Assembly (NCBI GenBank): GCA_016839555.1
Contig: JAEOUA010000010.1
Span: 288,001-352,000, forward strand
DNA from: Promethearchaeota archaeon
GTDB taxonomy: Archaea > Asgardarchaeota > Lokiarchaeia > Sigyniarchaeales > SOKP01
Length of the DNA: 64,000 nt
Direction: 5' to 3'
Shown here: positions 29,647 to 39,073 of the stretch, piece by piece
Numbering within the stretch: the first letter of the stretch is position 1
How the letters are laid out: every line of letters begins with the position of its first letter
Program-made: the position numbers and the translations under genes
The notes under the pieces: model-generated
Seen by the model: only the letters and a program-made list of their open reading frames with translations
What the model was told of the DNA's origin: nothing
Databases searched by the model: none

Positions 29647-29667
29647 CATCAGTAGAATTTACTGATG
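29647..29667. promoter_or_regulatory. Operator-like palindrome upstream of the sugar isomerase-like gene
   Basis: CATCAGTA-gaatt-TACTGATG, 44-64 bp upstream of the 29603 start. Confidence 0.5.
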
Positions 29668-29780
29668 AAAATAAATATCTTATACAAAGAAGTACACATA
29701 CTATAAAAAATATTTTCATCTCAATAATTAAATTAATCATATTTTTCTATCAAAATTTTCCTTAAAGGAACTAACATATT
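29665..29780. repeat. Copy 2 of ~115-bp imperfect direct repeat
   Basis: See copy 1; overlaps the last 16 codons of the 29733-30185 ORF. Confidence 0.85.
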
Positions 29781-30185
29781 TTTATTTAAAATCTTAAAAT
29801 ATGCTATTATTTTATCCAAAACATAAAAAATGAGAGCATTGGCAAAATTTCTCGCAACACAGTAAATGTTTGCCGGGAATTTTGTGGCATTTTTACTCTT
29901 TTCACGAATTACATCATCATAAGGAAAAACAATTGAAACGGCACGTATATCAGATTCTTTAATATTATTCATTTCCAATCCATTTTTTTCCCAAAATTCT
30001 AGGGGGGTCAAATAGGTCTCTTTAATGATTTCATTATATTCTTTGAAGATTGGATCATCCCCTTTTGCTATACCAATTAAGGGCTTTGAAAATATAATGC
30101 CACTACCATATTCCTCAGGTAATCGATTTAATTCATTATTTTTAAGCACATCTTCTACGAATTTATATAGTTTTTCATTGTTCAT
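29733..30185 (-). pseudogene. 3'-truncated epoxyqueuosine-reductase-like / 4Fe-4S protein
   Basis: IFSKPLIGIAKGDDPIF..YLTPLE..AVSIVFP..AR matches the N-terminal half of this family. No Fe-S Cys motifs follow, and the ORF ends within the repeat. Confidence 0.6.
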
Positions 30186-30287
30186 TTTAATTTCTGTTCT
30201 AAAGGAATAACATTTTATATTAAATTATATATCATTTAATCCATAATTCTATTAAATTAATTGAATTTTTAAATTTGATAATTCTTT

Positions 30288-30695
30288 TCAGTTTTTCCTT
30301 TTATCAATCATATATAAGATGTTTAATAGTGACCAAATTAATGGAAGAATTGCCCACATTACTTCTGTAAAGACAAATTCAAAATAACCAATTGCGATAT
30401 ATGTAATTTGTAATATACTAAATGAAAATCCAGCGGGTATTCCTAATATTATTAAAATTTCGTACTTCTTCATATTCTTATAGAGAAGAATATTACCAAT
30501 TCCGTTATAAATAATCATCCAGAGCCAAAAGAAACTTATCATCGCTCTCGCGCGAGCTGAAAAGGGTTTAGTTCCTACTAACGAAGCGAGTACAGGAGCA
30601 AAGAAGATCATAAAAAGAGCGACAAAGGTAAAAGTTATGCCAAAAATTAGCCAAATTTTCTTCCATATTTTCTCAGAAAACATTTTTGCTTTCAT
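30288..30695 (-). CDS. Small 4-TM hypothetical membrane protein
   Basis: Four hydrophobic segments. Confidence 0.65.
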   Translation of the reverse strand: MKAKMFSEKIWKKIWLIFGITFTFVALFMIFFAPVLASLVGTKPFSARARAMISFFWLWMIIYNGIGNILLYKNMKKYEILIILGIPAGFSFSILQITYIAIGYFEFVFTEVMWAILPLIWSLLNILYMIDKRKN

Positions 30696-30809
30696 CCTCT
30701 TATTTTCATTAAATAATTTTGATTAAATTTCATAGATTGTATTTTAATTATTAAACATTTTTAAAAAGTATATTTATCAAATGGAGAACATTTTCAACTT
30801 AGAGAAACT

Positions 30810-31718
30810 ATGAAAGATATACTTATTAAGATTTCTGATGATTTTCCAGAAATTTTTTTCGTAAAAGGACAGAGAAACGGAAAATACCCATATTCCCATA
30901 GTATGCTATTAAAAGACACTCTTATTGATACAGGAATATCAAGCGGTTTTTTAAGGAAACTTAAACGAAAAATAAAAATTAATAATGTAATTTTATCACA
31001 CTGGCACGAGGATCATATATGTGGCAATCGTCTCTTATCCCAGGCGAATTTTATGGCTCATAAGGAAGATATCCATATAATAGAAGATATATCGAAAATG
31101 TACGAATATTATCACGTGTCCAATGATCCTGAGCAAATTGAACTTTTTGACGCTATTTTACAAGGTTTACGATTAAAGAATACCACCATTGATAGCATTC
31201 TCTCAGATAAGGATATTATAGAAATAAACGATTTATACGAACTGCAAGTTATTCATACGCCAGGGCATACCAAAGGTCATTCTTGTTTTTATGAGAAAAA
31301 TTCAAAAATTATATTTTTAGCAGATATTGACTTAAGCAGTTTCGGTCCTTGGTATGGATGTAAAGATTCAAATATTATGGAATTTGAAGACTCTATTAAA
31401 AAATTAAAAGAATTGCAGATTGAAATAGCAGTCTCCGCTCATAAAGGTATTATTTATGGGTCAAGTAATATCCAGAATCAGCTAGAGGAGTATTTAAAAA
31501 AAATATATCAAAGAGATGAAAAAATATTAAAATTTCTTTCAGAAAATTCCCCTAAAACTTTAGAAGACCTAGCAAACAAAAATATTATCTATTCTACCTA
31601 TAGTGAATATAAAATTTATGAAATCCTTGCTGAAAAAATAATGATTAAATCTCATTTAACTAAACTACTTAAAGAAAATAAAATTTCACAAAAAAATAAT
31701 GGATATATTTTGAGCTAG
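30810..31718 (+). CDS. Metallo-beta-lactamase-fold hydrolase with C-terminal wHTH
   Basis: LIDTG, SHWHEDH, HTPGHT, LADID, SAH. Confidence 0.88.
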   Translation: MKDILIKISDDFPEIFFVKGQRNGKYPYSHSMLLKDTLIDTGISSGFLRKLKRKIKINNVILSHWHEDHICGNRLLSQANFMAHKEDIHIIEDISKMYEYYHVSNDPEQIELFDAILQGLRLKNTTIDSILSDKDIIEINDLYELQVIHTPGHTKGHSCFYEKNSKIIFLADIDLSSFGPWYGCKDSNIMEFEDSIKKLKELQIEIAVSAHKGIIYGSSNIQNQLEEYLKKIYQRDEKILKFLSENSPKTLEDLANKNIIYSTYSEYKIYEILAEKIMIKSHLTKLLKENKISQKNNGYILS

Positions 31719-31832
31719 AGATTCTTTCTACTTAAAAAATAAATAATGATAAAAATATAAAGATTAAAAACTAGAATAATAAAAATAGATAATTAAGGAA
31801 AAATACTGTGCTGATTAAATAATTCAGACATT

Positions 31833-32894
31833 TTAAAAGATTTCAGCTTTTTGCTCCCTTTTTTCTATCTCGAATCTCTTCTTCCGTTTTATCATTTCCG
31901 TGAAAGCCCCAATTCTTGTTTTCAAACCCGCGTCGCCAGAATGCTCATCCATTATGATAGCCAAGTAAGGGAGTCTCACCACTTTCATATCTCTCATGAT
32001 TAATTCAGAAATAAGGCTATCTGGTCCACAAGCAAAACTAATTAAGAACACAACACCGTCTATTTCATTTCTTCCTTTAGTTAGATAATATCTAACCGCC
32101 TGCATGAGCTCTTCCTCATGTATCCAATAATTTTGGAGTTTTCTATTCACAACAACAGGTACTTTAAACACAGATTCAGGCAAATTTTCAATAGTTAATA
32201 CCTCCGCGCCCATTTCATGTAATTTCTTCTGAAAATCTAAGTTAATATAGGTATCAAATAGATTATATCCGTGGCCCAGCAACAAAAGTTTTATCTCACC
32301 TTTCTTCTGTTTTTTTGGCAATTTGAAGGGTCTGTCTCGCCTAACTAACCGTAATGCATAATTAACAGGAGCACCTTCTCGGAGGAAATTTAAATATTCC
32401 CGGTAATAATTCTTTGCTTTTTCATAAGCCTCTAATGATTCTTCTCTGCTTTTTCCTAATTGCTTACCAAGCTCTATAGCAGAAATAGATATGGGAAATT
32501 CTTTTATATTAACTTCAAAATTCAATATCTCTGGAACATTGGGAAGAATTTTGATTACATCGGGAAGTGAGATAAATTTAGGACAGAAGAATCCCTCTTT
32601 TACATCTGACACGTATCGAGGAACAAACAAATAATCTAAATCCGGGTAATTTTCTATTAAATGAAATATATGCCCATAATAGATTTTCATAGGAATGCAA
32701 AGTTCACCAAAGCCATGCTGGACGCCCACCTCTACGATTTTTTTGTTTGTTTCAGGGCTTAATATGATTTCCACTCCTAATTCATCTAAAATTTTTTTCC
32801 AAAATGGGAAGTATCGATAGTAATGAAGCGCACGTGCGATACCGACTTTGATTTTTGAACTCTCTTCTTGTTGTATAATTGACATTTTAAGCAT
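31833..32894 (-). CDS. DUF2229 / acyl-CoA dehydratase activase-related subunit (PlsA/Ger-like domain)
   Basis: VGIARALHYY, ELCIPMK..GH, FFCPKF..LPD, LLGHGYN, SFACGPDS, DEHSGDAG..TR..AF. Confidence 0.82.
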   Translation of the reverse strand: MLKMSIIQQEESSKIKVGIARALHYYRYFPFWKKILDELGVEIILSPETNKKIVEVGVQHGFGELCIPMKIYYGHIFHLIENYPDLDYLFVPRYVSDVKEGFFCPKFISLPDVIKILPNVPEILNFEVNIKEFPISISAIELGKQLGKSREESLEAYEKAKNYYREYLNFLREGAPVNYALRLVRRDRPFKLPKKQKKGEIKLLLLGHGYNLFDTYINLDFQKKLHEMGAEVLTIENLPESVFKVPVVVNRKLQNYWIHEEELMQAVRYYLTKGRNEIDGVVFLISFACGPDSLISELIMRDMKVVRLPYLAIIMDEHSGDAGLKTRIGAFTEMIKRKKRFEIEKREQKAEIF

Positions 32895-32905
32895 TTACTA
32901 GATGT

Positions 32906-34612
32906 TTAAACTTCTGTTTCATCATATACTAAGAGTTCTTCAATTCTCTTCATCAGATTATTTGTTAATCTCTTTAATTCATCATAATCTGGCATTGGTT
33001 TATCAAAATATTTTGCATGTTCCATAAAGGGTTCTCCCGCTTTAAAAGTAGAGCCATGTCCAAAATAGATCGTTTTTGCGTGTTTAGGATAGGTATGTTC
33101 GGTACCTGTTATTCCTATGGGAATGATCGGAACTTTCGCATTAATTGCTAACCGAACCGCGCCTGTATGTCCCTCTAAAACCTCTGGTCCAGAGTGAGTA
33201 GTACCTTCGGGATATACCACTACTAATTCTCCATCTTCAAGCCTATCTTTTGAATAACTATAAGATTCCATATCATGAGTACCTCTTCTTAACGGATATG
33301 CGTGGTGAGTTCGCACCCAAGCATTAACAATCGGGATTTGAAATAATTCTTGTTTTGACATCTGATATAGCATCCGTCTCTTCGTCACCTCTAGACAATA
33401 AGCATGCATGATTACATCCCATTCAGAGTTATGATTCGAACAAATCAAAGCTCCTCCTTCATCTGGCACATTCTCATATCCTTCAATTTTAAGTGGCGCA
33501 AAATTGTCAACGATGAATTTTACAGTCGGATATGTGAGACCATGTTGAATAAGTTCTTGGAATTTATATCGGAGTCCAAATTCTTCCAGGATTTTCAATA
33601 AAGCAAACCATGCATCATCGATAGATTGAAGGAAATAATTTTGATAATATTTTAACCAATATTTAAATCCCTTTTGTTGTTTTTCTTTTTTCTCATCTTC
33701 TGGAGATCCTATAGAAAGCTCATCTGGAGTTTTGTGTTTAATTACCTTTTTTGCATATTGTCCCTTTCCTTCACGTAAATCTAGTATCTTTTGCCGTAAT
33801 TCATCTGTTAATTTCCTTGCGAGTTCAGGAGTAAGTTTTCCCTTATATTCATCATAACGGAAGGGTTTTCCTACTCGGGCTTTCACTTGAACGGGAGTAC
33901 CAATTAATTTTCCCTTAGGAAGAGCATCCCGTGATCCTAAAATGGCTATCGGAACTATTGGCACACCAGTCTCTACTGCAAGTCTTACGGCTCCCGTTTT
34001 AAATTCACCTAAAGTGCCATCCATACTTCTCGTACCTTCTGGAAAGATGCCTACGCATTCACCTATTTCTAATTTATGTTTTGCATAAACCCATGCTTTT
34101 TTTACATCCTCCTTATTTCCTCTTTCACCTAATGTAAATGCACTTAAGTTTTTAAATAGCGTACGAATAATGGGAGTCTTAAAGTTCTCTGGTTTGCTCA
34201 TAAAGTTTAATTTACGAAAATTTGTCATACCGCAGAAGAAAGGATCAAGGTGCGAATTATGATCTGAAACTACAATACATGGTTCGGTATCTGGGAAAAG
34301 TTGGCCATCTTCATATTCGCAATCAAATCTCCATAAAAGACGACAAGCGTGTTTTACCCAAATTTCCGCCAGCCACCATTGAATTCTTTGCTCTGATTCG
34401 GTTAGTCCTAATTGATCAATTATTTTACGATAGATATCATTTAAGGGATCAATAGGGTTGTATTTTAAAATTTTATAGAGAAAATTTTGATGAGGTTTTT
34501 TCCATTTTAATTCCTCGCTGGGTCGCTCTTCTTCAGCCTCCCATTCACCTATAGTCTTCTGTTGAATATTACTAATTTTTTCCTTTTCTATTTCACTTTC
34601 TTGTTCTACCAT
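32906..34612 (-). CDS. plsC: Tandem two-domain PlsC-family glycerolipid acyltransferase
   Basis: Domain 1 has HNSHLD, FMSK, FPEGTRS; domain 2 has HNSEWD, QMSK, YPEGTTH. Both HxxxxD motifs are intact. Confidence 0.88.
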   Translation of the reverse strand: MVEQESEIEKEKISNIQQKTIGEWEAEEERPSEELKWKKPHQNFLYKILKYNPIDPLNDIYRKIIDQLGLTESEQRIQWWLAEIWVKHACRLLWRFDCEYEDGQLFPDTEPCIVVSDHNSHLDPFFCGMTNFRKLNFMSKPENFKTPIIRTLFKNLSAFTLGERGNKEDVKKAWVYAKHKLEIGECVGIFPEGTRSMDGTLGEFKTGAVRLAVETGVPIVPIAILGSRDALPKGKLIGTPVQVKARVGKPFRYDEYKGKLTPELARKLTDELRQKILDLREGKGQYAKKVIKHKTPDELSIGSPEDEKKEKQQKGFKYWLKYYQNYFLQSIDDAWFALLKILEEFGLRYKFQELIQHGLTYPTVKFIVDNFAPLKIEGYENVPDEGGALICSNHNSEWDVIMHAYCLEVTKRRMLYQMSKQELFQIPIVNAWVRTHHAYPLRRGTHDMESYSYSKDRLEDGELVVVYPEGTTHSGPEVLEGHTGAVRLAINAKVPIIPIGITGTEHTYPKHAKTIYFGHGSTFKAGEPFMEHAKYFDKPMPDYDELKRLTNNLMKRIEELLVYDETEV

Positions 34613-34628
34613 ATTAAAATATCATCTC

Positions 34629-35420
34629 TCAAGATTTTATTTTTAATGAATTTTTTTCATTAGTGTTTGTTATTTCTTTATATTTTATTCCAAATAATTC
34701 CAATAATTGGTTCAACGAATTCAAAAGTAAATCAGGATGAAAACTCTGAAGAATATCCTCATTACTTATTCCACTGGAAATAGCAATGGTCCATAATCCC
34801 GCTTCACGGCCAGCTTCTATATCTGTGGGCATATCTCCCACCAGCAAAAATTCATTTCCATGAAAGGGATTATATCGGCTTAAGACGGGCTGAAGTGCTC
34901 GAGGATCTGGCTTTAATACCGGTAATTCATCGGCTCCAAAAACACCATCGAAATAATCCTTACAATTTTCCTCCTCTAAATGCTGGATGATATTCTTCGT
35001 CTGATTATGAGAAACTATATACAAATCGTATTTTTTACTCAATTCTTTAATTAATTGAATAGCTTCTGCGAAAAATTTCGCTTCTTTTTCATATTCTAAA
35101 TATTTAGAGAAGATTTTGGTGGCAATGCTTAATTTTTTTAAGAAGGTGATATTGCTTAGCGAGGTTATATGTTTGAAGATTTGATGTGATTGAAGGATTA
35201 TTTTTGGTAATGGATATCCTTGTACAGATTCTATCACGGCCCCTATCTCTTTAATAGTTTTTTCCATATCATATTCAATCTTATTTTCTTTGAGAACTTC
35301 ATCAATTGAACGTTCTAGTGGTTCATTTATATCCAATAACGTGCCATCAAAATCAAAAATGATACTACGTAAAGTATTGGATTCAAGCCAATTCAATAGT
35401 AGATTGTCTTTATCGTTCAT
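34629..35420 (-). CDS. HAD-superfamily phosphatase (subfamily IA)
   Basis: FDFDGTLLD, VSHN, KPDP, VGDMPTDIEAG. Confidence 0.88.
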   Translation of the reverse strand: MNDKDNLLLNWLESNTLRSIIFDFDGTLLDINEPLERSIDEVLKENKIEYDMEKTIKEIGAVIESVQGYPLPKIILQSHQIFKHITSLSNITFLKKLSIATKIFSKYLEYEKEAKFFAEAIQLIKELSKKYDLYIVSHNQTKNIIQHLEEENCKDYFDGVFGADELPVLKPDPRALQPVLSRYNPFHGNEFLLVGDMPTDIEAGREAGLWTIAISSGISNEDILQSFHPDLLLNSLNQLLELFGIKYKEITNTNEKNSLKIKS

Positions 35421-35605
35421 ATCTCCTACTCGCTTTGTTATATAGGTATCTATTGTTTTAATTCGGAATAAAATTCTACTTAAAAGATCTTTTATATTAA
35501 ATTTTTATTTATATATTCAAGATTTTTATAAAAAGCTTTTGCGATAAAAAATAAGATTATGGATATTACTAATTTACTAATTTTTGGTAAAATTTATAAC
35601 TCAAT

Positions 35606-35631
35606 TTACAAGTTAGTATAATTACTTGTAA
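35606..35631. promoter_or_regulatory. Inverted repeat in the divergent promoter region between the HAD-plsC operon and the MFS gene
   Basis: TTACAAGT-N10-ACTTGTAA. Confidence 0.35.
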
Positions 35632-35841
35632 GATCTAATCAAACTCGTAAAAATTTTATTAAGGATTAAAAAAATTTTTATATGTTCTTATGATTAAATT
35701 AGGATAATTCTTAGAAATAGAATTAAATAAACCTTGTCATAGGCTATATAAAATATATAAATTAAAATTTGAAAATTGATTTTACCACACATATTCTGTT
35801 TTTATTAATTTTCTAACCTAATAACAAGGAATAGTAAAATT

Positions 35842-37281
35842 ATGAAAAAAAAAGAAGATCGGGAAGACTTAAAAGGTTCCTATAATAAAAAATTATGGCC
35901 CTTATACTTGCTTAATGGATTCCAGTCCATTGCGTTTGGAGGTTTTATAATTTTAATAGTTCCGCTTTCAGAAATCTTTTGGCCCGGTGATACTACTCAT
36001 TTTATAGAGATGGGGTTGTTATATTCAACTTTATCTTGGACATCTGCGATTGGGGGGTTGTTATTGGGTAGATTAATTGATAAATATTCAAGAAAATTGA
36101 TTATTATCATTATTTCTATTTTTAGAGGATTTCCGATGATATTACTAGGTTTTGCCATAGCGGGACAAGGAATTAACACCTGGACTTATTTTATTGTAAT
36201 GATTGCTATCTTTGGTTTTTCTGCGGGAGGATCTTGGCCATGTGTCATAAGTCTCTCAAATGATATCGTTCCCAGAAATTATCGCAGCCGTTTTTTTGGG
36301 TTATACGAAATAATTCGCCGAAGTTCTAATATGGGGGGGTGGCTTATTGTGACTTATCTTGTACAATATGGTTTTTGGAGGGAATATTTTTGGGGTATAG
36401 GTATTCTAATATTATTCTCAGGAGGCATTTTTGCCATTCATAACAAAGAACCTAAACGAGGAGCAATACAAGAAGAACTATATGATGTGTTGAAAGATGA
36501 ATCGATTGTCTACGATTTTCAAATAGACAAAAAAATGATAAAGGAAACCATGCTTAGTAAGACAAATATTGTTGCCCTTATTGAGGGAATTTTTACTTGG
36601 ATTTTAATGTCAAGTTTAAATTTCCTTATTTTAAATTTCATTCAAAATCCCCCGATAAATATTTCTGAATTTTCTACAGCTGTATTTCTAGTATTTTTCG
36701 GATTAACCGGGGGAGTTTTTTCCCAACTTGTGTTTGCTCGAATGAGTGATAAGCTTGCTGAGAAAAAAAGTATTATACGCTTGCCTATCATTGTCATGTC
36801 TATAGCAGGAGGACTTGCGACCTTCGCTGTTTTCTTTTTCTTACCATGGCAACCCTTTACTCCTGAACAAGGTAAAGATATCTTCTTTTTATTGACTTTA
36901 CCAATTATCTGGATTATGGGCACATTATTTTTCACTTCTCGGTCTTTCTTTTCTTTATATATCTCGAATCAAGCCCCTGTATTACAAGAGATTAATCTCC
37001 CAGAAGCTCAAGGACAAATTATTTCTTGGAATCAATTTCTCGAAGCATTTGGAAGGGGGATTGGTCCCACATTATGCGGGGTTTTATTGGAGGTTACTAA
37101 TAAAAATTATCAGTTGACAGTTCTTATTGTAGTCGTATGTATTCTGCCCGGCATCGTTTTGTGGCTATTAGCTTTAAAATGGTATCCTAATGATCGTAAA
37201 AATATCAAGAAGATTCTAAAACAGAGAGCAGAGCTATTAAAATCGCAAAATAGGCAAAAATTTAATCCAGATACAATTTAA
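35842..37281 (+). CDS. MFS transporter (paralog of 25247-26656)
   Basis: About 12 TM; GRLIDKYSR; shared blocks with the paralog. Confidence 0.85.
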   Translation: MKKKEDREDLKGSYNKKLWPLYLLNGFQSIAFGGFIILIVPLSEIFWPGDTTHFIEMGLLYSTLSWTSAIGGLLLGRLIDKYSRKLIIIIISIFRGFPMILLGFAIAGQGINTWTYFIVMIAIFGFSAGGSWPCVISLSNDIVPRNYRSRFFGLYEIIRRSSNMGGWLIVTYLVQYGFWREYFWGIGILILFSGGIFAIHNKEPKRGAIQEELYDVLKDESIVYDFQIDKKMIKETMLSKTNIVALIEGIFTWILMSSLNFLILNFIQNPPINISEFSTAVFLVFFGLTGGVFSQLVFARMSDKLAEKKSIIRLPIIVMSIAGGLATFAVFFFLPWQPFTPEQGKDIFFLLTLPIIWIMGTLFFTSRSFFSLYISNQAPVLQEINLPEAQGQIISWNQFLEAFGRGIGPTLCGVLLEVTNKNYQLTVLIVVVCILPGIVLWLLALKWYPNDRKNIKKILKQRAELLKSQNRQKFNPDTI

Positions 37282-37313
37282 TTTTCATTAATTCTAATTT
37301 ATAAGAAAATAGG

Positions 37314-38534
37314 TTATTTATTGGCTATTTTAAGACTTATAATAATTCCAATTGATATAATTATAAATGCAATGACAATATAATATAATATTGGAATCCC
37401 AAATATGACATAAACAACACCTACAAAAGAATATCCCAAGAATCTGAGGCTATTAATAATTGCTGAATTAGTACCCTTCGCTTCTGGATTCAAGTCCATA
37501 GATTTTTTAAATAATGCGGGCCAAATGAAAACAGAACCTAAATAGATTATAAAACTAATTATTGAAAATATTAGAATTGATGTACTATATTGAAGCATTA
37601 AAATAGTTATCATTAACACAAAACCCAATAGGATCATAGTTAAGGGTCTAATTTTATCTAATAACGACCCACTGAACGGAGAAATAATAACTGAGATAAG
37701 TCCATTGACTGTTAAAATAAGTGAGACTGCATTTGCGACTTCTAGAGTACTTAAATTCTGTATATTTATATTCATTTGCTCGTTTAAAGTATTCGTTAAG
37801 GTGATAACGGTAAAAAAACAGAAGAAGCCAAGGCATCCAAGTAATAAAATCTCTTTTTTTAGATTTTCTTTTAATTGCACTTTTAGGGCCTTAATATGAT
37901 ATTTTACCTCTAGAAGACCCTTCTTTTTTTCCCTTTCCTTTAAATCAAAAGGTCTACATATTAAAACTTCACAATTATTTAATGCATAAAAAAATAATAT
38001 TAAGGAAAGGCCAGTAATTATAGGATTAAAAATAAATAATAATCTCCAATTTATATTTGCGAATAACCCCGCTAAAATCGCTCCACCACTTATTCCGATT
38101 CCCGCCGAACTATTATAAATCCCCATGATTAATCCTTCCTTTTCTTCAGGAGTAATAATGCTTAGTATTGCAAGTACTGTGGGATTGATAAGAGCAAAAC
38201 CTAATCCTTGAATAAAAAGGGCAAACAAAAACAAATAATAATTTTTCAGATAAACCGATAGTAAGCATGTCAGTATTCCTAATAAAAATAAAATATATCC
38301 TCCTAAAACAACTTGTTTTTTATCGACAATATCAGAAAATGTGCCCGCAAATAACTGGAGTACCGCGAATGGGAACATATAAATGAAAAAAGCTAATGAG
38401 ATAAAAGAAACAGAAGATAAAGAAAAATTGTCTCTTAATTGTTCAAAAAGAGGGATTAAAGCATTGGTGGATAATGGTCCTAACACAGAGGAAAGAAAAA
38501 TCAAATAATATCTTTTTCGAAAGGTGGTTTCCAT
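37314..38534 (-). CDS. MFS transporter (DHA1-like)
   Basis: About 12 TM; GTFSDIVDKK, FIQGLG, GSLLDKI. Confidence 0.82.
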   Translation of the reverse strand: METTFRKRYYLIFLSSVLGPLSTNALIPLFEQLRDNFSLSSVSFISLAFFIYMFPFAVLQLFAGTFSDIVDKKQVVLGGYILFLLGILTCLLSVYLKNYYLFLFALFIQGLGFALINPTVLAILSIITPEEKEGLIMGIYNSSAGIGISGGAILAGLFANINWRLLFIFNPIITGLSLILFFYALNNCEVLICRPFDLKEREKKKGLLEVKYHIKALKVQLKENLKKEILLLGCLGFFCFFTVITLTNTLNEQMNINIQNLSTLEVANAVSLILTVNGLISVIISPFSGSLLDKIRPLTMILLGFVLMITILMLQYSTSILIFSIISFIIYLGSVFIWPALFKKSMDLNPEAKGTNSAIINSLRFLGYSFVGVVYVIFGIPILYYIVIAFIIISIGIIISLKIANK

Positions 38535-38776
38535 TTTGTTAGCTTAAATTTTAAGGGTATTTCTAGAAAAACGATTAATCACTATAAATTCTTTTTTTAA
38601 TTTATTATTAATTGCATTTAAATGAAATCTTTTTTAGTCGGTTATTTTTTTCCTTACTCATATTTTCTCTCAAATAATTATATCTTAATATTAGAACATA
38701 AATTAGATTATTCAGAGACTTATATATGAAGTTGATTTTCACTTTAGAATATTAGGAAAAAATAAATAGAAAATAA

Positions 38777-39073
38777 TTAGATATCAAGTGTTCTAAGTTT
38801 ATGTGAAACACTTCTGCGCCTCAAAATTTTTACAAAATCATTTTGTTTTTGTTCTAATTGATTTAAAAAAATATCCAGCTTATCAAAATTATTAAAAAAG
38901 TATTCTTCCCCATTGGCAATAATTTTTACCCCTCGGTTGTTTTGTTCTATAATCGCATAAATCCCTCCAATTGTTGGATCATGCTTAATAAATATTTTTT
39001 TATTTTCATTTGCCTCATTACCCTTTTTAGCCCAAAAATTATTCTTTAGCAAAAAATTTCTATACATACTCAA
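38777..39073 (-). CDS. Hypothetical protein
   Basis: 98-aa ORF with protein-like composition. Confidence 0.55.
   Translation of the reverse strand: MSMYRNFLLKNNFWAKKGNEANENKKIFIKHDPTIGGIYAIIEQNNRGVKIIANGEEYFFNNFDKLDIFLNQLEQKQNDFVKILRRRSVSHKLRTLDI

Noticed and set aside
20344-29780. The direct repeats as a CRISPR array or IS ends
   Set aside because: Only two copies each, no regular spacers, no terminal inverted repeats, and no cas, transposase or integrase gene.
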